Source of the DNA: Caecitellus pseudoparvulus
Taxonomy: Eukaryota > Protista > Bigyra: Bicosoecida
Assembly: GCA_965644315.1 (NCBI GenBank)
Contig: CBFFRQ010000055.1
Location: forward strand, 1-64,000
Reading direction: 5' to 3'
DNA: 64,000 nt
The translations under genes were made by a program, and so were the position numbers. Position 1 is the stretch's first letter; each line of letters begins with the position of its first letter. Below the pieces are notes generated by a model. It was not told where the DNA came from and did no database searches. It saw only the letters and a list, made by a program, of their open reading frames with translations. Shown piece after piece: positions 1-10,600 of the stretch.

Positions 1-1705
1 GCAGGGAGTGGAGTTGGCGCTGCGTCCTCGTGAGGCGCGTGTGCTGAGCGGGGAGGACCCCGAGTATCCGTGCGAGTTTTACGGGCTGTGCAACTGTGTG
101 GACAGGCCCAACGGCATGACGTGTGCTGAGAAGCGTGCGGTGCTGGACGCCCACAACCACCACCGGGCGACGGTGTCGAGCGACGAGCCATCCGCTGCGA
201 ACATGCAGCGCATGGTGTGGGACACGGCTTTGGAGGAGGTGGCTGATGCATACGCTGCTCAGTGCCATTGGGCCCACAATGGCGCTCGGACGACCGAGTA
301 CAGGGCGGCGGGTGGGGGCTACTCGTATGCGGGTGAGAATCTGGCGATGGGCACGGCTGGCTTCTACACGGCTGAGGGTTTCGTGACGAGCTGGTATGAC
401 GAGTATGAGTACTACACGTACTCGACACGAGCATGCAGTGATGTGTGTGGTCACTACACGCAGGTGGTGTGGGCTGGGTCAGTGACGGTGGGGTGTGGTA
501 CGCGTGTGTGTCCGAGTGTGAGCAATTCGGGTTTCACGAATGCGTTGTTGTTGGTGTGCAACTATGCGCCGGGGGGCAACTTCAATGGGCAGCATCCGTA
601 CAGTCAGGGGGCATCCTGCAGCTCCTGTCCGAGTGGGACTGAGTGTGACTACACGGGTGCGTTGTGCGCGGCGAGTCCGATCCCAGCTCCGTTGTCTGGT
701 GGGGGCGGAGGGGGCAATGACGATGGCGATGGTGGTGGCGATGGTGGCGATGGCGGTGATGGCGGTGGCGATGGTGGTGCCGGGGATGGCGGTGACGGTG
801 GTGGTGCCGGGGATGGTGGTGATGGCGGTGGCGATGGTGGTGATGGCGGTGGCGATGGCGGTGCGGGCGATGGTGGTGATGGTGGTGGCGATGGCGGTGC
901 GGGCGGTGCGGGCGATGGCGGTGATGGTGGCGGCGATGGTGGTGATGGCGGTGGCGATGGTGGTGATGGCGGTGGCGATGGCGGTGCGGGCGATGGTGGT
1001 GATGGCGGTGGCGATGGCGGTGCGGGCGGTGCGGGCGATGGCGGTGATGGCGGTGGCGATGGTGGTGATGGTGGCGATGGTGGTGATGGCGGTGGCGATG
1101 GCGGTGCGGGCGATGGTGGTGATGGTGGTGGCGATGGCGGTGCGGGCGATGGTGGTGATGGTGGTGGTGCCGGCGGTGCGGGCGATGGCGGTGATGGTGG
1201 TGGCGATGGCGGTGATGGTGGTGGTGATGGGGACGGAGGCGGTGATGGTGGTGGCGATGGAGGTGATGGTGGTGGCGATGGCGGTGATGGTGGTGGTGAT
1301 GGGGACGGAGGCGGTGATCAAGGCAGCAAACCATCCCCAACTCCCAGCACACAGGGGGACAGCGGTCCCTCTGGCGCTGATGGAACGAAGGGAGGAGATG
1401 GGGGTGATGCCGGCGACTCTCCGACAGGCACCGCAGCCGGTTCAGGGTCAGGCTCTGCGCGGGAGGGTGGATCCGGGGCTGGGCAAGGTGGCGGCATGTC
1501 CGTTGGAGCCCAGGCTGGGATTGGTGTTGGTGTGACAGTGGTGGTATTGGCCATTGCAGCCGCGCTCTTCATGTCTCATCGAAGCAAGAACTCCCGCACT
1601 CGCAGCGACGGAGACATTGGCGAGACGGTTGGCCCGGTGTCACATGTGAACCCCCTTGGCGCTCACAATATCCCTGACTGCAGCCAGATGAGGCATGGCG
1701 TCTGA
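1..1705 (+). CDS. CAP/SCP (PR-1-like) domain type I membrane protein, tandem copy 1 (5'-truncated by window edge)
   Basis: CAP motifs HNxHR, GENLA, CGHYTQVVWA, LLVCNYAPGGNF; Cys-rich hinge; about 200 aa Gly/Asp stalk; TM GIGVGVTVVVLAIAAALFM; near-identical to 2648-4063. Confidence 0.9.
   Translation, partial: QGVELALRPREARVLSGEDPEYPCEFYGLCNCVDRPNGMTCAEKRAVLDAHNHHRATVSSDEPSAANMQRMVWDTALEEVADAYAAQCHWAHNGARTTEYRAAGGGYSYAGENLAMGTAGFYTAEGFVTSWYDEYEYYTYSTRACSDVCGHYTQVVWAGSVTVGCGTRVCPSVSNSGFTNALLLVCNYAPGGNFNGQHPYSQGASCSSCPSGTECDYTGALCAASPIPAPLSGGGGGGNDDGDGGGDGGDGGDGGGDGGAGDGGDGGGAGDGGDGGGDGGDGGGDGGAGDGGDGGGDGGAGGAGDGGDGGGDGGDGGGDGGDGGGDGGAGDGGDGGGDGGAGGAGDGGDGGGDGGDGGDGGDGGGDGGAGDGGDGGGDGGAGDGGDGGGAGGAGDGGDGGGDGGDGGGDGDGGGDGGGDGGDGGGDGGDGGGDGDGGGDQGSKPSPTPSTQGDSGPSGADGTKGGDGGDAGDSPTGTAAGSGSGSAREGGSGAGQGGGMSVGAQAGIGVGVTVVVLAIAAALFMSHRSKNSRTRSDGDIGETVGPVSHVNPLGAHNIPDCSQMRHGV
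698..1320 (+). repeat. Coding Gly-Asp low-complexity repeat (GGY/GAT triplets, GGDGG/GGAGD units)
   Basis: Directly visible ggtggcgat/ggtgat arrays inside CAP copy 1. Confidence 0.95.
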
Positions 1706-1867
1706 TCCAGTGCCCCTCAACGCGTTTTTCTTCTCAATTCGCTGTTTTGTGATCCGGCTCGCCGAAATGCATCCGGATTGGACCATGCTGTCCACGCTGA
1801 ACCACCGATCGACGCCAGAAGGGAATCAAAACCAAACCACCCTGCACAAGAGCATGACCAGCATCTG

Positions 1868-4063
1868 ATGGCTCTGAAAGCTTTGTCCATGGCGGCAGTC
1901 TGGACGGCCAGCCTCGTGCTGGCCTGCACAGCCCTGCTCCTCGCAGGCAGCCAGGCCAGCTTTCCCCATGCTGCCAGCGCCCCGCCCCGGCTAGCAGTGG
2001 AGGTGGTGGGGGACGTGGACAGCGTGATGCGGGAGTCCCTGCAGTCCTCTGTGGGGAGCATGCTGGTGGGGGCATTCCAGGGTGTGCAGGTGAGTGTGCT
2101 GGGCGTGGCGAGGGGGTGATGCTTGGGAGTGGGTGAGGTGGCGTTGTTGACTGTGGCGCGTGTGTGTGCGCAGGCGGATGCGGGCGAGGCAGGTTTCATG
2201 GTGCATTCAGGGTGCAGTGTGTATGACGAGCATCTGGGGCTGTGCATGGAGGCGGGGGAGGGTGACATGGTGCGTAGCGAGTGGTGCGGTGCAGAGCGGT
2301 GCGTGTCGCAGTGCGGCACTTGGTACATGGCGCTCCGTGCACAGTGCAGCGTGGAGGGTGTGGGGTCTGTGGTCGTGCCAGAGGCGTATGTGGGGTCTGG
2401 TCCGCAGTGTGAGGTGGGGAGCACAGGCGTGCAGTGCCGTCGGTCGTTGGTTGAGGGTGTGGCTGGCGTGGACGTGTTGGTGCTGTTGACAGCGGGTTGG
2501 GATGGTGGCGTGGAGGGGCAGTGCAGCGCAGCTGTGAGGGCTGGGGCATGCCGGTGGGGAGGGGTCGGCGGGTCATCAGTGCGCGCGGTGCTGGTGAGCG
2601 TGTGTCCGAGTGCGGTGGGGAGTGCTGAGAGCGGGGGTGAGGCGGTGCAGGGAGTGGAGTTGGCGCTGCGTCCTCGTGAGGCGCGTGTGCTGAGCGGGGA
2701 TGACCCCGAGTATCCGTGCGAGTTTTACGGGCTGTGCAACTGTGTGGACAGGCCCAACGGCATGACGTGTGCTGAGAAGCGTGCGGTGCTGGACGCCCAC
2801 AACCACCACCGGGCGACAGTGTCGAGCGACGAGCCATCCGCTGCGAACATGCAGCGCATGGTGTGGGACACGGCTTTGGAGGAGGTGGCTGATGCATACG
2901 CTGCTCAGTGCCACTGGGCCCACAATGGCGCTCGGACGACCGAGTACAAGGCGGCGGGTGGGGGCTACTCGTATGCGGGTGAGAATCTGGCGATGGGCAC
3001 GGCTGGCTTCTTTACGGCTGAGGGTTTCGTGACGAGCTGGTATGACGAGTATGAGTACTACACGTACTCGACACGAGCATGCAGTGATGTGTGTGGTCAC
3101 TACACGCAGGTGGTGTGGGCTGGGTCAGTGACGGTGGGGTGTGGTACGCGTGTGTGTCCGAGTGTGAGCAATTCGGGTTTCACGAATGCGTTGTTGTTGG
3201 TGTGCAACTATGCGCCGGGGGGCAACTTCAATGGGCAGCATCCGTACAGCCAGGGGGCATCCTGCAGCTCCTGTCCGAGTGGGACTGAGTGTGACTACAC
3301 GGGTGCGTTGTGCGCGGCGAGTCCGATCCCAGCTCCGTTGTCTGGTGGGGGTGGTGGTGGCGATGGTGGTGGCGATGGTGGCGATGGTGGTGATGGTGGT
3401 GGCGATGGTGGTGCCGGGGATGGTGGTGCCGGGGATGGTGGTGATGGTGGTGGCGATGGTGGTGCCGGGGATGGTGGTGCCGGGGATGGTGGTGATGGTG
3501 GTGGCGATGGTGGTGCCGGGGATGGCGATGGTGGTGCCGGGGATGGCGGTGATGGTGGTGGCGATGGCGGTGATGGCGGTGGCGATGGTGGTGGCGATGG
3601 CGGTGATGGCGGTGGCGATGGTGGTGGCGATGGCGGTGCGGGCGATGGTGGTGATGGTGATGACGGAGGCGATGATCAAGGCAGCAAGCCATCCCCAACT
3701 CCAAGCACACAGGGGGCCGGCGGTCCCTCTGGCGCTGATGGAACGAAGGGAGGAGATGGGGGTGATGCCGGCGACTCTCCGACAGGCACCGCAGCCGGTT
3801 CAGGGTCAGGCTCTGCGCGGGAGGGCGGATCCGGGGCTGGGCAAGGTGGCGGCATGTCCGTTGGAGCCCAGGCTGGGATTGGTGTTGGTGTGACAGTGGT
3901 GGTATTGGCTATTGCAGCCGCGCTCTTTATGTCTCACCGAAGCAAGAACTCTCGCACTCGCAGCGACGGAGACATTGGTGAGACGGTTGGCCCGGTGTCA
4001 CATGTGAACCCCCTTGGCGCTCACAATATCCCTGACTGCAGCCAGACGAAGCATAGCGTCTGA
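1868..4063 (+). CDS. CAP/SCP domain type I membrane protein, copy 2 (exons 1868-2089, 2174-4063)
   Basis: Signal peptide MALKALSMAAVWTASLVLACTALLLAGSQA; phase-0 intron GTGAGT..CAG 2090-2173 joins ORFs 1778 and 2123 in frame; CAP motifs; about 110 aa Gly/Asp stalk; TM. Confidence 0.9.
3344..3679 (+). repeat. Coding Gly-Asp repeat of CAP copy 2
   Basis: ggtggtgccggggat/ggtggcgat arrays, shorter than in copy 1. Confidence 0.95.
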
Positions 4064-4225
4064 TCCAGTGCCCCTCAACGCGTTTTTCTTCTCAATTCGC
4101 TGTTTTGTGATCCGGCTCGCCGAAATGCATCCGGATTGGAGCATGCTGTCCACGCTGAACCACCGATCGACGCCAGAAGGGAATCAAAACCAAACCACCC
4201 TGCACAAGAGCATGGCCAGCATCTG

Positions 4226-6043
4226 ATGGCCCTGAAAGCTTTGTCCATGGCGGCAGTCTGGACGGCCAGCCTCGTGCTGGCCTGCACAGCCCTGCTCCTC
4301 GCAGGCAGCCAGGCCAGCTTTCCCCATGCTGCCAGCGCCCCGCCCCGGCTAGCGGTGGAGGTGGTGGGGGACGTGGACAGCGTGATGCGGGAGTCCCTGC
4401 AGTCCTCTGTGGGGAGCATGCTGGTGGGGGCATTCCAGGGTGTGCAGGTGAGTGTGCTGGGCGTGGCGAGGGGGTGATGCTTGGGAGCAGGTGAGGTGGC
4501 GATGTTGACTGTGGCGCGTGTGTGTGCGCAGGCGGATGCGGGCGAGGCAGGTTTCATGGTGCATTCAGGGTGCAGTGTGTATGACGAGCATCTGGGGCTG
4601 TGCATGGAGGCGGGGGAGGGTGACATGGTGCGTAGCGAGTGGTGCGGTGCAGAGCGGTGCGTGTCGCAGTGCGGCACTTGGTACATGGCGCTCCGTGCAC
4701 AGTGTAGCGTCGAGGGTGTGGGGTCTGTGGTCGTGCCAGAGGCGTATGTGGGGTCTGGTCCGCAGTGTGAGGTGGGGAGCACAGGCGTGCAGTGCCGTCG
4801 GTCGTTGGTTGAGGGTGTGGCTGGCGTGGACGTGTTGGTGCTGTTGACGGCGGGTTGGGATGGTGGCGTGGAGGGGCAGTGCAGCGCAGCTGTGAGGGCT
4901 GGGGCGTGCCGGTGGGGAGGGGCTGGCGGGTCATCAGTGCGCGTGGTGCTGGTGAGCGTGTGTCCGAGTGCGGTGGGGAGTGCCGAGAGCGGGGGTGAGG
5001 CGGTGCAGGGAGTGGAGTTGGCGCTGCGTCCTCGTGGGGCGCGTGTGCTGAGCGGGGATGACCCCGAGTACCCGTGCGAGTTTTACGGGCTGTGCAACTG
5101 TGTGGACAGGCCCAACGGCATGACGTGTGCTGAGAAGCGTGCGGTGCTGGACGCCCACAACCACCACCGGGCGACGGTGTCGAGCGACGAGCCATCCGCT
5201 GCGAACATGCAGCGCATGGTGTGGGACACGGCTTTGGAGGAGGTGGCTGATGCCTATGCTGCTCAGTGCCACTGGGCCCACAATGGCGCTCGGACGACCG
5301 AGTACAAGGCGGCGGGTGGGGGCTACTCGTATGCGGGTGAGAATCTGGCGATGGGCACGGCTGGCTTCTACACGGCTGAGGGTTTCGTGACGAGCTGGTA
5401 TGACGAGTATGAGTACTACACGTACTCGACACGGGCATGCAGTGATGTGTGTGGTCACTACACGCAGGTGGTGTGGGCTGGGTCAGTGACGGTGGGGTGT
5501 GGTACGCGTGTGTGTCCGAGTGTGAGCAATTCGGGTTTCACGAATGCGTTGTTGTTGGTGTGCAACTATGCGCCGGGGGGTAACTTCAATGGGCAGCATC
5601 CGTACAGTCAGGGGGCATCCTGCAGCTCCTGTCCGAGTGGGACTGAGTGTGACTTCACGGGTGCGTTGTGCGCGGCGAGTCCGATCCCGGCTCCGTTGTC
5701 TGGTGGGGGCGGAGGCGGGAACGGAAACGGTGGGGATGGCGGGGGAAACCAGAATGAAGGGGGTTCCGGCTCTCCAGCAGGAGGTGGCAGCAATCCCAGC
5801 GGAAGCGGCTCTGGATCTGGATCAGGCAGTGGCTCTGTCTCTGGCAATGGCTCAGGCTCAGATGGGCCTACTGGTTTATCTGTGGGGGCAAGGGCGGGAA
5901 TCGCTGTTGCAGTAGTTGTGGGCGTGGTCGCGAGCATTGCTGGCATTATCCTTCTAACTCGTCACATCCAGGCTTCGCGATCTCAAGGGGCAGAGGGCCA
6001 GCATGAGTTCACCAACCCGGTTGCCTCTTATCCCAATGCTTGA
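4226..6043 (+). CDS. CAP/SCP domain type I membrane protein, copy 3 with different Gly/Ser stalk, TM and tail (exons 4226-4447, 4532-6043)
   Basis: Offset 2358 bp from copy 2, same intron; sequence diverges after ~5710 (GSGSGS stalk, TM GIAVAVVVGVVASIAGIILL, tail EFTNPVASYPNA). Confidence 0.9.
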
Positions 6044-6100
6044 AACGGCAGCCTGCTTTCAATGTACTCTTTGCTGACAACAAGTGCATTTCACGACAGA

Positions 6101-7218
6101 CTACAAGACTCTTTGCAGCAACTGCTGCACCATGGCGGAAGCTTGAGCGGCGGACAGGAACTCCGAGTTGAGCAGGGCATTTGTGATGAGCACCACATGT
6201 GCGTGCTGTCCGGCATTGACCCAGAACATGCCATTCACGCCAACCGCCAGCTCAAAGGGGATCCTTTTCCCCAGCGCGTTCAAAACCACGTGCTCGGGAT
6301 CAAGCAAACTGCGAAGCGGGAGCGGGAGCGACGAGGTGGGGGACACGCCCAAACCCAGCGACGGGAATCTGCAGCTGCACCGGAGTTCTGCTCAGGAAGT
6401 ACACATTAACGACGATATCAGCAGGGCCGAAGCCACTCTGTCCGCCCGTCGGTGTTGTCATCAACGCAGGGAGGCATGAGGGGCAAAGCGAAGCACGTAC
6501 TCTTGAGCAAGGCCACTGCTGCACCGCGTGAGCAGGCCACCTTTCAGTTCGCCGAAGAGGCTTTCACCCGTCACCCAGTCTTTCTTGGGGCCGTTGACCA
6601 CCTGGCAGGAGAGCTGAGGCTCCATGGCGCGAGGGGCAGCCGCCACCCGCGCGTACACAGCGGAGCCGATCTGCAAGTCTGGCTTGTTTTTCTTGCTCGC
6701 ACCATCGAAGGCCAGCTTGGGCAGCAAGCCTTCAGAAGTCCCATGCAGGGAGAGGCGGTACGTTCCATCTGACGCGCGGTCCATGCCTGTGACGATCCCA
6801 ATGACAGGGTCTTCCACCTTCGCGATGTACTGCAGCCGAGCGGTGTGAGGGGAGCGTGGAAAGAGCCAGCGTGCGGAAATGTGGCCGGCGCAACTCACCC
6901 TCCGACTGCTTGCCTCGACCCAGACTCGGTTTGGAAGCTGGTGCCTTAACACACCAGCCTTTGTGGACACCACATTGTCTCCTTGCTGCTGGACGCCACC
7001 GCCTGTGAAGGTCAGGGAGGCGCAGACAGTGTGCAGCGGTGTGCGGATTTTCACCGAACAGCCACCGCACACGAACCAGTGCGAACGCGCTGCTGAATGG
7101 ACACCAGGTCCTCTGTAAGCTCTTCTCCCGGAACAACAACCCGCGCGGGAATCTGCTGTGCTGATCCAGCTGCTGGCGCACCACTGGACGCAGCTGCAGC
7201 TGGTGTGGAGTCTGCCAT
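6101..7218 (-). CDS. RRP40: Exosome complex component RRP40 (EXOSC3), multi-exon
   Basis: Spliced product VVVPGE..RVRTGGGV..STKAGVL..YIAKVEDPVIGIV..LAFDGASKKNKPDLQIGSAVYARV..FGELKGG..IPFELAVGVNGMFWV (S1 + KH domains of Rrp40). Confidence 0.92.
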
Positions 7219-7603
7219 GCTGACAGCTTCACGCACTGCTCTCCCTCGCAAGAGGTGGCGTTGCACCTGCACGGGATGAGCAGGCAACGAATCTTGCACA
7301 GCCCCCGATGTGCCTCTCTCTCGGGGCATGTGTGGGATTTTCGTTTTGACGCAAGGAGATGTCTAGATGTCCGGGCTTGCTGCAGCAGCCGAATGGGGCC
7401 GAGGCAGAGCGGCACATTGCATTCAACGAGAGCAGGTATAACAACAACACACACAAACTCAACGCAACTACTTCGGTTGTGTCACACTCTTGTTTGGTGT
7501 GCTTCCTCTGCCGCTGAAGCCTCTGCTTGCGCGAGGCCCAGCAGTGCGGAATTTGTGCCACACCGCGGCAGAAGCGTTGCACCCCTTCGTCTCATTTGCA
7601 GCA

Positions 7604-10600
7604 ATGGCAGCTGACGCAGACTACAGCTTTTCGGCATCGGAAGGATCAGATGTTGAGTTCTACAGTGATGGGGACTTCTCTGATGTTCGTTACCGGAGCC
7701 TGCGGGCCACTTGTGTCACCTGTGTCACTAACGCCTGCTCGCCGCGCAGGTGTCCCCCGTCAAAGCCCCGAAGGCGAGGAAGGCCCCCAAAGGCAAGCGG
7801 GCAGTGCTAGCAGATGCTGACACGTCAGCAAATGCAGCAGCAGCTGCGGAAGGGGGCAAGACAGTGGAGGAGATGTACGTCAAGATGACCCAACTGCAGC
7901 ACATCCTGAAGCGCCCGGACACATACGGTGAGCCGAGCCTGTTTGCGGATCGCGTTGTGCTAGGCCGCACATTACTTTGATTCCTCGCCCAGTTGGCTCT
8001 ATTGAGTCCATCACCCAGCCGATGTGGGTCTTCGATGACGCTTCTGGCATGATCAAGCGCCGAACCATCAGCTACGTGAGTGCTGCGAGAGCGCCCACTG
8101 TGGGTGGTTTTGCGCAGCATCGGCCTCACTCGCTTGCAGGTCCCTGGGCTGTACAAAATCTTCGACGAAATCCTTGTGAACGCTGCTGACAACAAGCAGC
8201 GCGATGCGAGCATGGATCGCCTGGAGGTCAGCATTGATCCCGAGGCGAACGTCATTTCCGTGTGCAACAACGGTGGGTGCAGCCGGCTTTAGGGGCGATC
8301 GTGGCGGGCGCCTGTGCACGCTAGCCTACTCATGCGCCCTTGCAGGGAAGGGAATCCCCATCAGCATGCACAAGGAGCACAAAGTCTACGTGCCAGACTT
8401 GATCTTTGGGCATCTGCTCACGTCCTCCAACTATGACGATGACGAGAAGAAGGTGACGGGAGGCCGCAACGGCTACGGAGCCAAGCTCGCCAACATCTTC
8501 TCCACGTCGTTCACGGTGGAGACAGTGGACTCTCGGCAGGGCCTGAAGTACATCCAGACCTTCACTGACAACATGGGCAGCAAGACCGAGCCTGAGATCA
8601 CGAAGGTTGCGAAGGACAAGCGCGGCCGTGGCGACTACACACGCATCACGTTCAGCCCCGACCTCGCACGCTTCGGCATGGAGACGCTAGATGACGATGT
8701 GGTGGCGCTGCTGAAGAAGCGCGTGCACGACATGGCTGGCGTCACTGACGCCTCCGTCAAGGTGTACTTGAACGGCACCCGCATCGCTGCCACGGGCTTC
8801 GAGAAGTACGTTGGCTTGTACGTGCCAGACGAGTCGGCACCACGGGTGTTCGCTCGTATCAACGACCGATGGGAGGTGTGTGTCTCTGTTTCGGATGGCC
8901 AGTTCAACCAGGTGTCCTTCGTGAACGCCATCTGCACGGTGAAGGGCGGGCAGCATGTGGACTACATCGCCGACCAAGTGACCAAAGAGATGGTGCGTCT
9001 GGCCAACCGCAAGAACAAGGGCGTGCAAGTGAAGCCGCACCACGTGAAAAACCACCTTTTTGTCTTTGTGAATGCGTTGATCGAGAACCCGGCCTTTGAC
9101 TCCCAAACCAAGGAGACCCTGACGACACGTTCCAAGGCGTTCGGCTCCACTGCCGAGCTGCCCCCTAAATTCCTGAAGGCTGTGGCAGCTGCCGGGGTGG
9201 TGGACCGCGTCCTTGCTTGGGCCAAGTTCAAGCAGACATCTGAGCTCAAGCGCGTCGGTGGCAGCAAGAAAGTGAACCTTTCCGGCATCCCCAAGCTGAA
9301 CGACGCAAACTGGGCAGGCGGCGCACGCTCTGGGCAGTGCACGCTGATCCTGACTGAGGGAGATTCAGCCATGACCACAGCCGTGTCCGGGCTGTCCGTG
9401 GTGGGGCGGGATGCCTACGGTGTCTTTCCCTTGAAAGGCAAGCCTCTGAACGTCCGAGAAGCCACACACGCCTCCATCATGGCCAACACTGAAATCTCCA
9501 ACATCGTCAAGATCATGGGGCTGCAGTTTGGGAAGGAGTATGACAGCACGAAAGGCCTGCGGTATGGGCACCTGCTCATCATGGCGGATCAGGACCACGA
9601 TGGCTCACACATCAAGGGGCTCATCCTGAACTTGCTGGCACACTTCTGGCCCAGCCTGCTGCGCGTGCCCGGCTTCTTGCGGCAGTTCATCACCCCCATC
9701 GTCAAGTGCACCAAGGGCAAGCAGGTGCTGACCTTCTTCACCATGCCCGAGTACGCGACGTGGAAAGCGGCCACCAGCGATGGAAAGGGGTGGAACATCA
9801 AGTACTACAAGGGTTTGGGCACCTCCTCCCCTGCAGAGGCAAAGCAGTACTTCTCCAACCTGGACACGCACGTGATTGACTTTGGCGTGGCAAGCGAGGA
9901 TGATGTGGCGGCTCTGGACCTCGCCTTCAACAAGCGCCGAGCAGACGACCGCAAGGATTGGCTTCTGTCCAGGCCCATGGGCGCACACGTAGACTATGCT
10001 GTGCCAGCCATGGAGGTGAGGGAGTTTGTGAACAAGGAGCTCATCTTGTTCTCTGCTGCTGACAACGTCCGGTCCATTCCCAGCATGATGGACGGCTTGA
10101 AGCCTGCCCAGCGCAAGGTACTGCACGGCGCCTTCAAGCGCAACCTCACAAAATCCGAGATCAAGGTCGCACAGCTGGCAGGGTACGTCTCTGAGCACTG
10201 TGCTTACCACCACGGCGACGCGTCGCTGACGGCGACGATCGTCAGTATGGCCCAGAACTTCGTCGGCTCCAACAACGTGAACCTGATGCACCCTGGCGGC
10301 CAATTTGGCACACGGCGCATGGGAGGCAAGGATGCCTCTTCTGCGCGTTACATTTTCACCAAGCTGGCGCCCATTGCCCGCGCGCTGTTCCACCCCGACG
10401 ACGACCCGCTGCTGGAGCCTCAAATGGAGGACGGGCAGAAGATTGAGCCCACCTGGTACGCGCCAATCATCCCACTCGTGTTGGTCAATGGCAGCGATGG
10501 TATTGGCACGGGCTGGTCCTCGTTTGTGCCAAACCACGACCCACGGGCTGTCATCGCCAACATCCGTGCCTTGCTGGATGGCGAGCCCATGACGCCCCTT

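Noticed and set aside
698-1320. Repeat array as CRISPR or telomeric repeat
   Set aside because: No repeat-spacer structure; in-frame coding repeats in a eukaryotic gene
479-1535. His/Arg-rich, Thr/Ile-rich and Met/Val-rich ORFs (also 3125-3893)
   Set aside because: Alternative-frame shadows of the Gly-Asp triplet repeat in the CAP genes
8204-8345. ORF-track start of TOP2 (MRAWIAW..)
   Set aside because: Out-of-frame exon plus intron sequence; true start is 7604 through four introns
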